64,000 bases of DNA from Azolla caroliniana (lineage: Eukaryota; Plantae; Polypodiophyta), in contig JBHGNT010000020.1 of NCBI GenBank assembly GCA_043228905.1, positions 6,758,001 to 6,822,000 on the forward strand. The letters are read 5' to 3'. The translations under genes were made by a program, and so were the position numbers. This document shows, one piece after another, positions 1-10,581 of this stretch. The number at the start of each line of letters is the position of its first letter. The first letter of the stretch is position 1. The notes beneath the pieces were generated by a model. The model was given only the letters and a program-made list of their open reading frames with translations. It was not told the origin of the DNA and did not search any database.

Positions 1-918
1 ATTTCCGGTCCAGGGTAAGGTGGAACGACGCTCCGGAGTCTACCACCCAGGTCATCTCGTCGCCGGCAAGGTTTATCTCACTCTCCTCGGTGATGAGCAT
101 AAACTCTTCTTCACTTGCCGCGATTGCCGTCGTTCCCTTCCGGTCCGGGGTCCGCTTCGAATCGGTACCGTCGGTTTCCTTGTCTTTTCGGAAATGCCGA
201 CAGTTCTTTTGGAAGTGTCCCAGCTTGCCACAATAGAAGCAAGTAGGCCTTCCCCTTGACTTTGACCGTATCCCCGACTTCACCGGCTGCGTAGAATGAG
301 AAGCATTTCCGGTCCAGGGTAAGGTGGAACGACGCTCCGGAGTCTACCACCCAGGTCATCTCGTCGCCGGCAAGGTTTATCTCACTCTCCTCGGTGATGA
401 GCATAAACTCTTCTTCACTTGCCGCGATTGCCGTCGTTCCCTTCCGGTCCGGGGTCCGCTTCGAATCGGTACCGTCGGTTTCCTTGTCTTTTCGGAAATG
501 CCGACAGTTCTTTTGGAAGTGTCCCAGCTTGCCACAATAGAAGCAAGTAGGCCTTCCCCTTGACTTTGACCGTATCCCCGACTTCACCGGCTGCGTAGAA
601 TGAGAAGCATTTCCGGTCCAGGGTAAGGTGGAACGACGCTCCGGAGTCTACCACCCAGGTCATCTCGTCGCCGGCAAGGTTTATCTCACTCTCCTCGGTG
701 ATGAGCATAAACTCTTCTTCACTTGCCGCGATTGCCGTCGTTCCCTTCCAGTCCGGCCCCCTCTGGTCTTTACCGTTCCGGTCCGGGGTCCGCTTCGAAT
801 CGGTACCGTCAGTTTCCTTGTCTTTTCGGAAATGCCGACAGTTCTTTTGGAAGTGTCCCAGCTTGCCACAATAGAAGCAAGTAGGCCTTCCCCTTGACTT
901 TGACCGTATCCCCGACTT
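1..918. repeat. Tandem array of 304-bp units derived from the Copia gag zinc-knuckle/protease region (units <1-280, 281-584, 585-918)
   Basis: ATTTCCGGTCCAGGG recurs at 1, 305 and 609. The third unit has 30 extra nt. The + strand ORFs 20..259 and 324..563 are identical. Confidence 0.95.
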
Positions 919-1572
919 CTCCTGGTTCTGGGGATTACGGTTTCTATGTCTTCCGCGTTCCGATTCGGTAAGGAGCGCTTTGGAGTTGGAGCTCGTATCT
1001 TTATCTTTCCGACGCGCCTCCTCAGCTAGCAAGCTCGACTTTACTCTTGCTAGGGATAACCGTTTTCCTTCCGGCCCGGCGTTGCCCAAAGTGACAACCA
1101 ACGTCTCCCAGCTATCCGGGAGGGAACCGAGCAAGAGTAGCGCTAGTACCTCATCGGTGAGAGGTACTTCCAATGAAGTTTCCTGGTGGATCAGCCCCTG
1201 GAAGGCATTCATGTGCTCCGCCATGCTGGAGCCATCTTGGTACCAGAGTCTTACCAGCTTCCGGAATACCGAAACCTGATTAACAACATTTTTGTTCTGA
1301 AACATAATGCTGATCTTCTCCCAGAGCTCATGAGCCTTGAACTCTTCATTGAAGTTGTTGTATAGGCTCTTGTCGATGAAGCACCGTATGTATGCCTTTG
1401 TCTTCATGTGCATCACCTCCCATATCGTGGCATCGATTTTGTTCGGTCTCTTGTCCCCAAATTGAACCGGCAACCAAAGATCTTTAACCACGAGCATATC
1501 CCTCATCTTCAACTTCCACACCGAATAGTTGGAGCCGGTGAGCTTGAACATGCCGCCCAACGATTCGTCCAT
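415..1572 (-). pseudogene. Copia gag (UBN2-type, CCHC knuckle) plus start of protease, disrupted by the tandem duplication
   Basis: MDESLGGMFKLTGSNYSVW; LLLGSLPDSWE; CFYCGKLGHFQKNC; WVVDSGASFH. The frame shifts at the repeat junction. Confidence 0.92.
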
Positions 1573-1587
1573 TTTTTGTGTCGTTTC

Positions 1588-1599
1588 GCTCTGATACCA
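1588..1599 (-). promoter_or_regulatory. PBS, tRNA-Met(i)
   Basis: Minus strand TGGTATCAGAGC, 2 nt from the LTR end. Confidence 0.95.
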
Positions 1600-1601
1600 C
1601 T

Positions 1602-1869
1602 TGACGGGAACTGCACGCTCTTTATGCGCAACGCTCGGCCACAACTGAGCTTAGAATCATACACAGAAAATGGGAAATAAATGCACGACACAGTGAAGAG
1701 AAGAGTACACAGGATGTTTACGTGGAAAACCCAAACTAGGGAAAAACCACGGCAGCCCACAGGCTGCAAACTATCACTATGTTAGAATGTACAATAGTGA
1801 GCTCACGGAGGCAACGACCTCGTGCTCACGATCTTCGCCACAGGCGGCGGTTTCAACAGAGGCAACGAC

Positions 1870-1901
<32 letters not shown>

Positions 1902-2323
1902 ATACACGGTTACGCGCTCTCTCTCTTCTTACACCAACAAGAATAACAACAACATCCAAAAGTTTGCCCTAAGTCATATTTATATTAATATGACTTTTCG
2001 GCTATTTACAAGTATAGCCATGATGGACTCTCAGAAACATATTTACGAATATGTCTCTTCATCCGGTGAGCACTCCTCACCGGGCCTGCACCATCCGGCT
2101 CTCCGTAGCCGGGTACTCCTTATCCGGTTCTCATCGGGTCTGCACCATCTGGCTCTCCATAGCCGGGTACTCCTCATCCGGTTCTCACCGGGTCTGCACC
2201 ATCCGACTCTTCGTAGCCGGGTACTCGTCATACGGTTTCAGCCTCGGCCTATCGGCCTCGGCCGAGTTTGTTCATCAACATTGTTCTTCTCCCTTCCCAT
2301 CCGGAGGGACCTGTCTCCCAACA
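1602..2323 (-). repeat. K1 5' LTR with (CT)n and about three 54-bp tandem units
   Basis: TG..CA termini; homologous to K2 LTRs 32088-32956 and 37029-37955. Confidence 0.93.
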
Positions 2324-4255
2324 CCCCGGTCGTGTGCTTCCTGCAGTTGGCGGGTGAATCTCTCTCTGGATGTTGATAGTACGATGTTGATTCTCTCGGT
2401 TTTCGTCCGCATTTCTTGGATGGTCGACTTGAGTTTTGTGATTTTGTTGGTGTTGGAGGCCGCATGTGCTTCATACCGTGCTTTTACCTCTTGCCAGAGC
2501 TTTGATTCTTTTGCGTGCAGTTCCTCTAGTCGACCCATTTCATTATTTAATCGCACTTTGAATTCTCTCGTCATCTGGCGCTTGATCTCGATTTGCTCAT
2601 CGTACCATTGTAGCTTCTTTTGCACGGCCTCTCATAGTGCCGCAATGATCTCTTCAGATAGACCAACTTCTTCCGTTTGCTTGTTAAGTGCTTCGACCGT
2701 TTGTTTGTGAGCCGTGATTTTGGCGTCCAACTTGTCTTAGATCTCCTTCATGCCTTTCCTTGCCTTGGCCCAAATCTCCGTCTTCCGATCCGACGATTGT
2801 CGGAGTTTGGAGCGGAGTCTCTCGATTTCCATTTCGGCGAGTTCCACCGCTTTTTTCGCTTTGGCCGCTATCAGTGTCTGAGCTTCGACTTCCTCGGTCA
2901 AGCTTTTCATTTCGGGTGTTGGGGAGGCTGCGGTATTGGTTGAGGATGTTTTCTCCTATAGGCAACACTCCAACTCTTTGATCTTCCTTTGGGCCTCTTC
3001 AAGCTTGCTTGTCGAGTTGTTTGGCCTTCCTCGCGCTCTTGTTTTTACAGACCATATCTTTCGCTCTGTGCCGTACTGTGGCAAGCTCCCGGTGTACCTC
3101 GACTAAGGGGATGTTCCATGGGGGAACCTCTATTCCTACACGCCCTTCCTCTACGTTTCTCATTCGGGTGATTTTGCTCAGGGCGCGGTCATCTTCTCTT
3201 TCCGCTACTCCGGCCAGAGCTTGCTCAATCATCTGCCTTTCTGCATGTTCCTACACCATGCATTGCGAGACTTTGATTTGTTGCATCACCAAGAACTCCA
3301 TGATTTCGAAGGAGGCGCCAAATTGCAACAGGGCCGCAAATTCATGGGCCACAACTAGCATCTCCGAGTAGGCCATTACAACATTATCTAACGTGAGGAT
3401 GCCCTTGCCTCCTCTCTCCGTATTCCCGGTCAAGATTGATTGAGACCGCGGAATTTCTTCGAACACCTGCGTGGGCTCTGCCTCGGCTGATACTTTAGTG
3501 GCAGGTTATGGGGCCGCGTCTTTTGCCAAACCCCAACCTTCCTTTCGATCTAGCCGACGACGTTTGGGTTTGGGGTTGCTCGGTTGCTTGTCGGTGTCTT
3601 GGTTCGTAACGGGGGCAGACTGCTGCTTGTTTCGTGTGATGCTGAACATCGGGGACTGTGTGCTTCCATCCTCCTCCCATTCTGTTGTGTTGAGTTCTTT
3701 GAGCCGCCGCTTCTATTGTCACGGGCCTGGTGATGGGCGGGCCGCCCCTGGAGCTGGGAAAGTCGATGGGGAAAACAATATTGTGAAATATTGTTGTATA
3801 ATTGGGCGGAGCTTCTTACCTGTCTGGAAGGCATGGAGTCCTTCGTGTAATGAAGAACCTAGTCAACGTCGCGGCCCTCGAAGGTTGAAATGATGATGCC
3901 ACCCTTCTGCTTGGGCATCTCATACGCGTTGGGTGTACGCAACCCACCTCCAGTAGGAACTTCGCGAGCTTGCGGAAGAACAGATAAGGGGCATCCATTG
4001 TTCTGTATTCTTTGGCCGAGAGGGAGTATTCGCCAAAGTATCGTTCGAGGATCTTTGCGGGAGGGACTTCGAATTGGCGTTCCCTTGTAGCGGTCATGTC
4101 CAACTTCTTGCAAACGTCACATTCGTGATCACATTTATTTGCATCGCCATTTCTTGGGAGTTGGGGTGAGTCAGTGCTTTCGCTACCTAGATATATCCAG
4201 TGAGGCCGTGGTCATGGAGACACCGTTGTAGAGCAGGGGAGATTTCGATCGACAT
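2324..4255 (-). pseudogene. Extra ORF (aORF) of Gypsy A: conserved globular N-domain plus coiled coil
   Basis: ATG at 4255; LHDHGLTGYI; RYFGEYSLSAKEYRT; EDDRALSKI..AKDM; coiled-coil fragment 2275..2625. Homologous to the B and D aORFs. Confidence 0.8.
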
Positions 4256-4954
4256 GGCTACTTCGGTGTGGGTGCGTAGAGGGGGTTGTTTGTGTGGCGT
4301 GCAGAGCGAGGAGAGCTAAGGCAGCTTCTAAGGTGTGTAGAGTGAGAGAAATGGCTCGAATTACCATTTTGTAAGGTGGGAATGCCAATGTTCAAGATTC
4401 GTCGAGTCATGATGTCCACGCGTGTGACTAGAGCAGGTACTTGCTTTCCTGGGATGTGCGTCTGCATGCAAGATCTTTCTCTTTTTTTTTTTTTCCCTTT
4501 CATACCTAACGGTAATGGCTGTTAATATGTTACATTAATATTACATTATTACACAGTGGGGTGCGTATTAATGTGGGGTGGATCCACCGCCCAAGATTGA
4601 TTTGGTAGGGAGTGGGCCGACGTTTTGACCCGTTAACTCCGCGACGTTCCTGGATGGATTTGGGGATGTGGGTCCCAAGTATGGTTTGAGTTGAAAGCCA
4701 TTGACCTTTGTCGTAAAAGTTCCTCGGCAAGAGTGCCAAGCTTGAAAGTGTCTTTTTCGACGCCGACTATCCAATACGGCCCCGTCCACCAGAATCGGAG
4801 TTTGCCCAACATTTTTCCCATGCGTGTTTGGAACATATCTCGTTACCCCCGCGATGATCCACATGGAAGAGGAATTTCCGGCCCAGTAGGTTGTGACGAA
4901 TTTGTTACCGGCCGGCAAGGAGTCCAAAATACGGAGTGAAGGAATTAATTAAGT

Positions 4955-7042
4955 ATGGTTGTAAATAAGCATAAGATCCGGTGGCACAGCCGGATGCTCC
5001 GTCACTTGGCTGACTTGGCTACACCATTACACACCGCGGTACATCGAACACCGTTCCAATGGACGGATACGGAGGATAAGGCATACAATGCCCTGAAGGT
5101 ACTTTTGTCGCAAGCACCCGTCGTGCAGCCTCCGGATTGGAGCAAGGAATTTCATGTGTTCGTTGACGCTTCCGACATCGCTATCGGCAGCGCCTTAATG
5201 CAACTTACGGAGCCCAAATGGTACCGGCCGGTATATTACGCCAGCCGGAAGCTGTCCCAAGCGGAGAAGAACTATTCGACTACGGAACGGGAGGCCCTGG
5301 GCATGATCTACAGTGTCACAAAGTTTCGTCATTACCTATTGGGAAGGAAGTTCTCCTTTCATGTGGATCACTCGGCGCTCCTGTACTTAGTGTCCAAGGC
5401 GTCCCTGACCGGTAAGTTGGCCCGTTGGACCTTGCTGTTGCAGGAGTTCGAATTCGAGATCTTCCACCGGCCCGGTATCCAGCATGCCGTAGCAGACTAC
5501 CTGAGCCGGTTAGAGTCCGGAGAATCAGGCGACGGAGTATCGGATGAATTCCCGGACGCAGAGTTATTCCGTATCACCCCGGAAACGGTAGCGGACGACA
5601 CGGTGGCATCAGAAGATAGGTGGCTGACAAACATGCACCAGTTCCTAAGCACGGGCCTGCCACCGGAGGAAATGAACCGGGACGAGAGGAAACGACTGGC
5701 GGTGCAGAGCCGCAATTTCTGTCTGTTACGGGACACTCTCTACCACAAGGGAGCAGATGGAATATGGAGACGGGCAGTCCGTAGTGACGAGAAACAAGTA
5801 ATCTTACGGGAAGCACATTGTGGGGTTGCCGGAGGACACTATGCCGGGGAAGCGACGGCAAGGAAAGTATGGCAGAGCGGCTTATGGTGGCCCACGACGT
5901 TAAAAGACGCCGTCAAGTATGCTAAGGAATGTGACCTATGCCAACGAATGGGCCAGCCTACGGAGCAAGCACGGATGCCACACCAACCGGTACTTCCACT
6001 AGAGCCATTCCAGAAGTGGGGGTTGGATTTTGTCGGACCGTTCAAGCCACCGGCAATGAGAACGGGTAATCGTTATGTCATCGTGGCAACAGATTATTGC
6101 ACTAAATGGGTGGAGGCTAAGGCCCTGAGAGACAACACCGCGTCATCCACAGCAAAATTCCTGTACGAAAACATTTGGTGCCGATATGGATGTCCGATTG
6201 AATTAATCAGCGACCAAGGAGGGCACTTCCTCGGCCAGGTAGTTGAAAGCTTAACAACGTTCTATGCTGTGGTCCATAAACGGAGCACACCGTACTACCC
6301 ACAAGCGAACGGGTTAGCAGAGTCCACCAACAAAACGCTGCAGAACATTCTCCGCAAAATCGTCAATGAAAACCGGACGGACTGGGATACAAAGCTCCAT
6401 AGCGCGCTATGGGCGTACCGAACGGCATACAAAACAAGTATCCGGACAACACCGTTCCGGTTAGCGTTCGGCTTAGAGGCGGTCATGCCGGTGGAATTTC
6501 AGGTACCAAGCTTACGGATCCAACTACGGGAACGGCTGAATGAAAAGGAGTCGGAGGAAAGGCGGCTAACAGCACTATGCGAACTGGAGGAGCAACGGCT
6601 GGCCAGCATCCTACACATGGAACTGGAGCAACGACGACGAAAAGCGTTCGTTGACCGTCACCGGAAAGGTAATGAAAAGATGTTCGAAATCGGGAAGCCG
6701 GTGCTAGTATTCCAAACAAGGATGGGCAAGATGCCGGGTAAACTCCGGTTTAGATGGACAGGCCCGTATTGGCTGACACGGGAATACAACGGGTCCTATC
6801 AGTTAGGGACACTTGCCGGTGAAGTGCTAGGCAAGTGGGTCAACGGATTTAGACTAAAGCCCTATAAAGGACCGATGCCAAGTAACCCGTTTATGCAGCC
6901 CACCGGCACTATACCGGGAACCTGTCCGGGAACGGTACGGATGGAAGAAAAAGACGACGGGGAACCCGTAGCAGAGGCGAAGGAAGACACGGCAACCCGT
7001 AAGGAAAACGGTAAGGGTCCGAAGGGACCTACGGATGTGTAA
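4955..7042 (+). CDS. Open pol remnant: RT C-terminus, RNase H and integrase (695 aa)
   Basis: FHVFVDASDIAIG; NYSTTEREAL; HCGVAGGH..CDLC zinc finger; WGLDFVGP, ISDQG, NGLAE (DDE). Confidence 0.93.
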   Translation: MVVNKHKIRWHSRMLRHLADLATPLHTAVHRTPFQWTDTEDKAYNALKVLLSQAPVVQPPDWSKEFHVFVDASDIAIGSALMQLTEPKWYRPVYYASRKLSQAEKNYSTTEREALGMIYSVTKFRHYLLGRKFSFHVDHSALLYLVSKASLTGKLARWTLLLQEFEFEIFHRPGIQHAVADYLSRLESGESGDGVSDEFPDAELFRITPETVADDTVASEDRWLTNMHQFLSTGLPPEEMNRDERKRLAVQSRNFCLLRDTLYHKGADGIWRRAVRSDEKQVILREAHCGVAGGHYAGEATARKVWQSGLWWPTTLKDAVKYAKECDLCQRMGQPTEQARMPHQPVLPLEPFQKWGLDFVGPFKPPAMRTGNRYVIVATDYCTKWVEAKALRDNTASSTAKFLYENIWCRYGCPIELISDQGGHFLGQVVESLTTFYAVVHKRSTPYYPQANGLAESTNKTLQNILRKIVNENRTDWDTKLHSALWAYRTAYKTSIRTTPFRLAFGLEAVMPVEFQVPSLRIQLRERLNEKESEERRLTALCELEEQRLASILHMELEQRRRKAFVDRHRKGNEKMFEIGKPVLVFQTRMGKMPGKLRFRWTGPYWLTREYNGSYQLGTLAGEVLGKWVNGFRLKPYKGPMPSNPFMQPTGTIPGTCPGTVRMEEKDDGEPVAEAKEDTATRKENGKGPKGPTDV

Positions 7043-7440
7043 GATCACATACCGTCATTAAAAAGAGAGAAAAAAAAGAAAAAAAGAAAAAAAGAAAAGA
7101 AAAGAAAAAGAAATCATTAAAAATCGAGGTATGAACGGACGTGAAAGCAAGGAGCGAAAAGGTACGTAGTGGGCATTTAAGAGCCGCCACATTACTTAAT
7201 ACTAAATTGGTACACGACGTGCGCATGCTCGAAAAAGGTGCCAAGACGCACAGAGAAAAAGAAAAACGCATGGAGACCTTTTTTTTTCGCGAGCCAAGAA
7301 GCACAGAAGCACCAAGGCAGTGGAAGCTTAGCAAACGCGAACCTGCACTCAGAGAACCCCCACGTTCGGAACGCTCTCTCTCTCGCTCTCACTCTCATCA
7401 CCACTCTACCTCGCCATCTTTCCTCGACCTCGAAGCAGAC

Positions 7441-10110
7441 ATGGAACCACAAACGCTGTCGGAAGCGGCCAGGAAATGGCTCAGGCAACACGGACTGGAT
7501 GGGTTCTTGACCATCATGGAGGCACCACCGCACAAAGAAGCCGACCAGGTCATCAAGGAGCTCGACAAAGAAGTCATCACCGAGGAAGCGATCCGTGCGC
7601 TAACAGGCCTTCCGGAGGGAGGTATTTTTCAGATTGATAACCCAACGTCGGAGCAACTCATCCGATATTTCGGTGAGTACTCTGTAGCCGGCAAAGGCTA
7701 TCGAACGTAGGGCGGCGAAGATCCGCTATTCAGGGAGATAGCTCGAGTGCTCCATGAGTACGGCCACGTGTACCCCCGACCCCCTGTCATGCCAAAAAAT
7801 CGGGCAGGGATGATCATAGCCACCTATGAAGGGATCAAGGTGGATTGGCCGGTGTTGATTGCAAACGGTTTGTGCGCGGCAATCGACACGGTACGAGGAA
7901 AGGACGGCAAGGAGGGCCGGAAGCTGTGGCATGCCGTAGCTCAGTGGATAACATTGCTCGCGCCGCCGGTCGAGACCGTTCAGCCAAAGAAGCGGCCAAG
8001 ATTATCGGAAGGAAGCACCTCGAAACCCGCGTCCAAACGACAGCAGCTGCTGGCGTCGAAGGCGACGAAAGGGAAGAAACGGCTCCCAGAACTGGAGGAG
8101 GTGTCACCGGTCCGACCCGTTAAGATAACCATACGGCGACCGGGATAGAAGGAACTGGAACCCTTGACGGCACAGATACATGCCGCTACCCAGGAAGAGG
8201 AAACGGAGGAGCCAGTAGAGCACCTCCAACGACGGTCAAGAAGTAGGACTGCCGGGACAGCGGGGGAGCGTTCAGACCCGCAAAAGGAAGAAACGCCCCC
8301 AACTCAACCTGAGCAAACCACAAGGGAGGAACCGGAACCGGTGCGTATAGAACCGGCCTTGTCGACTTCTACACAAGAAGTCATTCCAACGGCTCCGGAG
8401 ACGGTGAGAACCGGAACTCAACAGCCGGCGAGCCCAGCCAGCACACACGGCGGCCAAGGAGTAGAACCAGAACGGCAGATACAGGCACTCAGGCCAGACA
8501 ATTCCACAGTGAACGAGCCGACCCGACCAGTACAGCAGCAAGGCACCAGTAGCATGTGGCTACGGTGGGTAGGCGAGCAGATCGCCGGAGCGGTTGAGTA
8601 CATAGAGGCGGAGGAGAGAGCGCACCACGAACGGTTGCTCGTCACAACCGTAGATCTAGAGACGGCCCGGTCTAGAATCCGGAGCCTTGAACAAGACTTG
8701 GACAGGGTCACAAGGGAAATGGCTCAATTGGCTTTGACAACACAAGTCCAAGCACCGGTGACTCCGGGCAATGTACAGAATAAAGCATCAGATCAACCTG
8801 TACATAGCAATCAGACCCCGGCAACGGAAACCGTTCCGGAGAGAAATGCGGCACAAGCCCAAGAGCTTGCGGACTTAAAGGATGAGCTAGCTGCCCAAGA
8901 AGCGCTGAGGAGCCGCGAAAGAGAGTTGAAGACGGCAGCGGAGGCAGAACTCAAAAAGACTGCTGAGAAGCTACGTTGGGCCGAGGAGAGCTTACGAAAA
9001 GGCCACCAAGCGTACGACCGGCTCAAGGAGGAGAAGGAGAAAATGCTGCAAGAGAAGGATAGGCTCCGGAGAACCGCCGAAACAGAAGTAGAGCGCCTGA
9101 AAGAGGAACTCCGGCAGGTAAAGGACCGGGAGGACCGGAACCATCGCCAGATCAACGGCAAGCTCAAACAAAAAACGGAGGAATTTGAGCACTTGCACCG
9201 GGAGTATAAACGGTTGCAAACGGAGCACAAGGAACGGACGGATGAGCTCCGGCAAGCAGTTGATCGGACCGCAACGGCATACGCTAATGAACAAGCGGAA
9301 ACCAGAAGACGGTTGGAAGAGGCGGAGAAGGTTCGGACAGAGCTCCTCAGGCAACAACAGGCGGAAAAAGAAAGAGCGGCGGAGGTACTGCAGAGGCTGC
9401 AAACAACATATCAAGGGCAGCTGACGCGCTACAGAGAGCAGGCGGAGGATACGGCTAATCTCATCAAGCAGTTGAAGGAGGAACGACAAGTTGTGGAAAG
9501 TAGAGCGCAAATGGGAGCAAGTCGCATCTAGGATATCATGCGAGCCTGGTTGAACCAGACCAAGAGCTTGATTGACAACGGTTCCGTCAAATGGTGGACC
9601 AAGTGGGCCACGAACGCGGCGGAACTCCAATTGCTCCGGGCCGACGTAGAGAACCGGCGGAAGGAGGGAGATGATTGCTATATGCTGACTTCCGAAGACT
9701 TCACCGGCATAAGAGATGAGCTGGCCGAAGACTTTCAAGCCTTGGCAGAGGACCAACTAGGGCAAGTCCGGCAACTTGTAGCTCAGCTGGACGACGACAG
9801 GCTGGAGGCGCAGATCCAGTTTGAAAGCTACGAGAGGTCCCGGATCCGGGAAGAGAAAGCACGAGAACCGGTTACGGTCAACCTCAGTGATGAGGAACCG
9901 TTACTGGAAGGAGACCGGACCGGAAGCAGTCAAACGGAGATGCCAGAGTCAGAGAAACAAACGGAGCAGCCGCCTATAGAGCAGCCGGAGCAGTCTCAGT
10001 CCCAACCGCAACCACAACAGCAGCAGCAAGCACAGCCGCAACAACCACAACCGGAAGAACAATTGGAAACTCTGGAACAAAGTATTTTGGACAATTTGGG
10101 TGAACAATGA
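7441..10110 (+). pseudogene. Extra ORF (aORF) of Gypsy B, ~889 codons in one frame with three TAG stops
   Basis: ORFs 7141..7710, 7747..8148, 8164..9531 and 9538..10110 share one frame. The ATG at 7441 aligns with the D aORF start. Confidence 0.88.
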
Positions 10111-10122
10111 AGGGGCCGAGAA

Positions 10123-10160
10123 GGGTTCGACGTACAAGGTACTGTCCCACGGGCGTGCCA
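10123..10160 (+). other. tRNA-Arg 3'-half-like motif ending in CCA at the PPT position of B
   Basis: GGGTTCGA-CGTACAAGGTACT-GTCCCACGGGCGTGCCA, 2 nt before the 3' LTR. Confidence 0.85.
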
Positions 10161-10162
10161 TG

Positions 10163-10581
10163 TGTTACCGGCCGGCAAGGAGTCCAAAATACGGAGTGAA
10201 GGAATTAATTAAGTATGGTTATAAATAAGCATAGTGTGGACGGACGGACTGGAAACGGTATGCCGTTCCAGATCCGGACGGATCCCGAATAGGTGCGATA
10301 GGCACCGTTTTGTACTACGGGCCGGAAACCTATTTAAAGGCCCGGACCCCATTGTAATCGCAGCGGATAATTAATAGAGCATATGGTGTTTATACTTCTG
10401 TGTTGATTTCCGTTCTGTAATTACTGTTATATCTTACGCGTGTAATTAACAAAAGCGCTCTAATCGTGTAACCTACTTAAGTCGGTGTAATCGTTGAGTC
10501 ATAATCCTATGCCGTAATCACCCTTTGGTGAAGTGTCTCCGTGACACCTTGTGTTAGGCCTTGTCCGGTCAGAGAATAACA
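10163..10581 (+). repeat. 3' LTR of B (419 bp)
   Basis: TG..CA termini, followed by the TSD; TATA-like CTATTTAAAG near 10330. Confidence 0.93.

Larger units (their letters stand above)
1..2323 (-). mobile_element. Ty1/Copia LTR retrotransposon K1 (Tnt1/Tork-like), 5' part only; inserted in the extra ORF of Gypsy A
   Basis: 5' LTR 1602-2323 (minus: TGTTGGGAG...CCCGTCA), tRNA-Met PBS, gag ORF; same family as K2. Confidence 0.93.
4903..10581 (+). mobile_element. Non-chromovirus Ty3/Gypsy element B; most of the 5' LTR, gag, protease and most of RT are deleted
   Basis: TSD GAATT (4898-4902, 10582-10586); termini TGTTA..TAACA; 5' LTR remnant 4903-~4973 matches 10163 onward. Confidence 0.95.

Noticed and set aside
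8164-9531. Coiled-coil ORF as a host SMC/myosin gene or retroviral env
   Set aside because: It is inside a TSD-bounded element and in frame with the aORF; no ATPase motifs, signal peptide or TM helix.
10123-10160. Functional tRNA gene or SINE
   Set aside because: Only the 3' half is present; no D-arm, anticodon arm or A-box, and no tail or TSD of its own.
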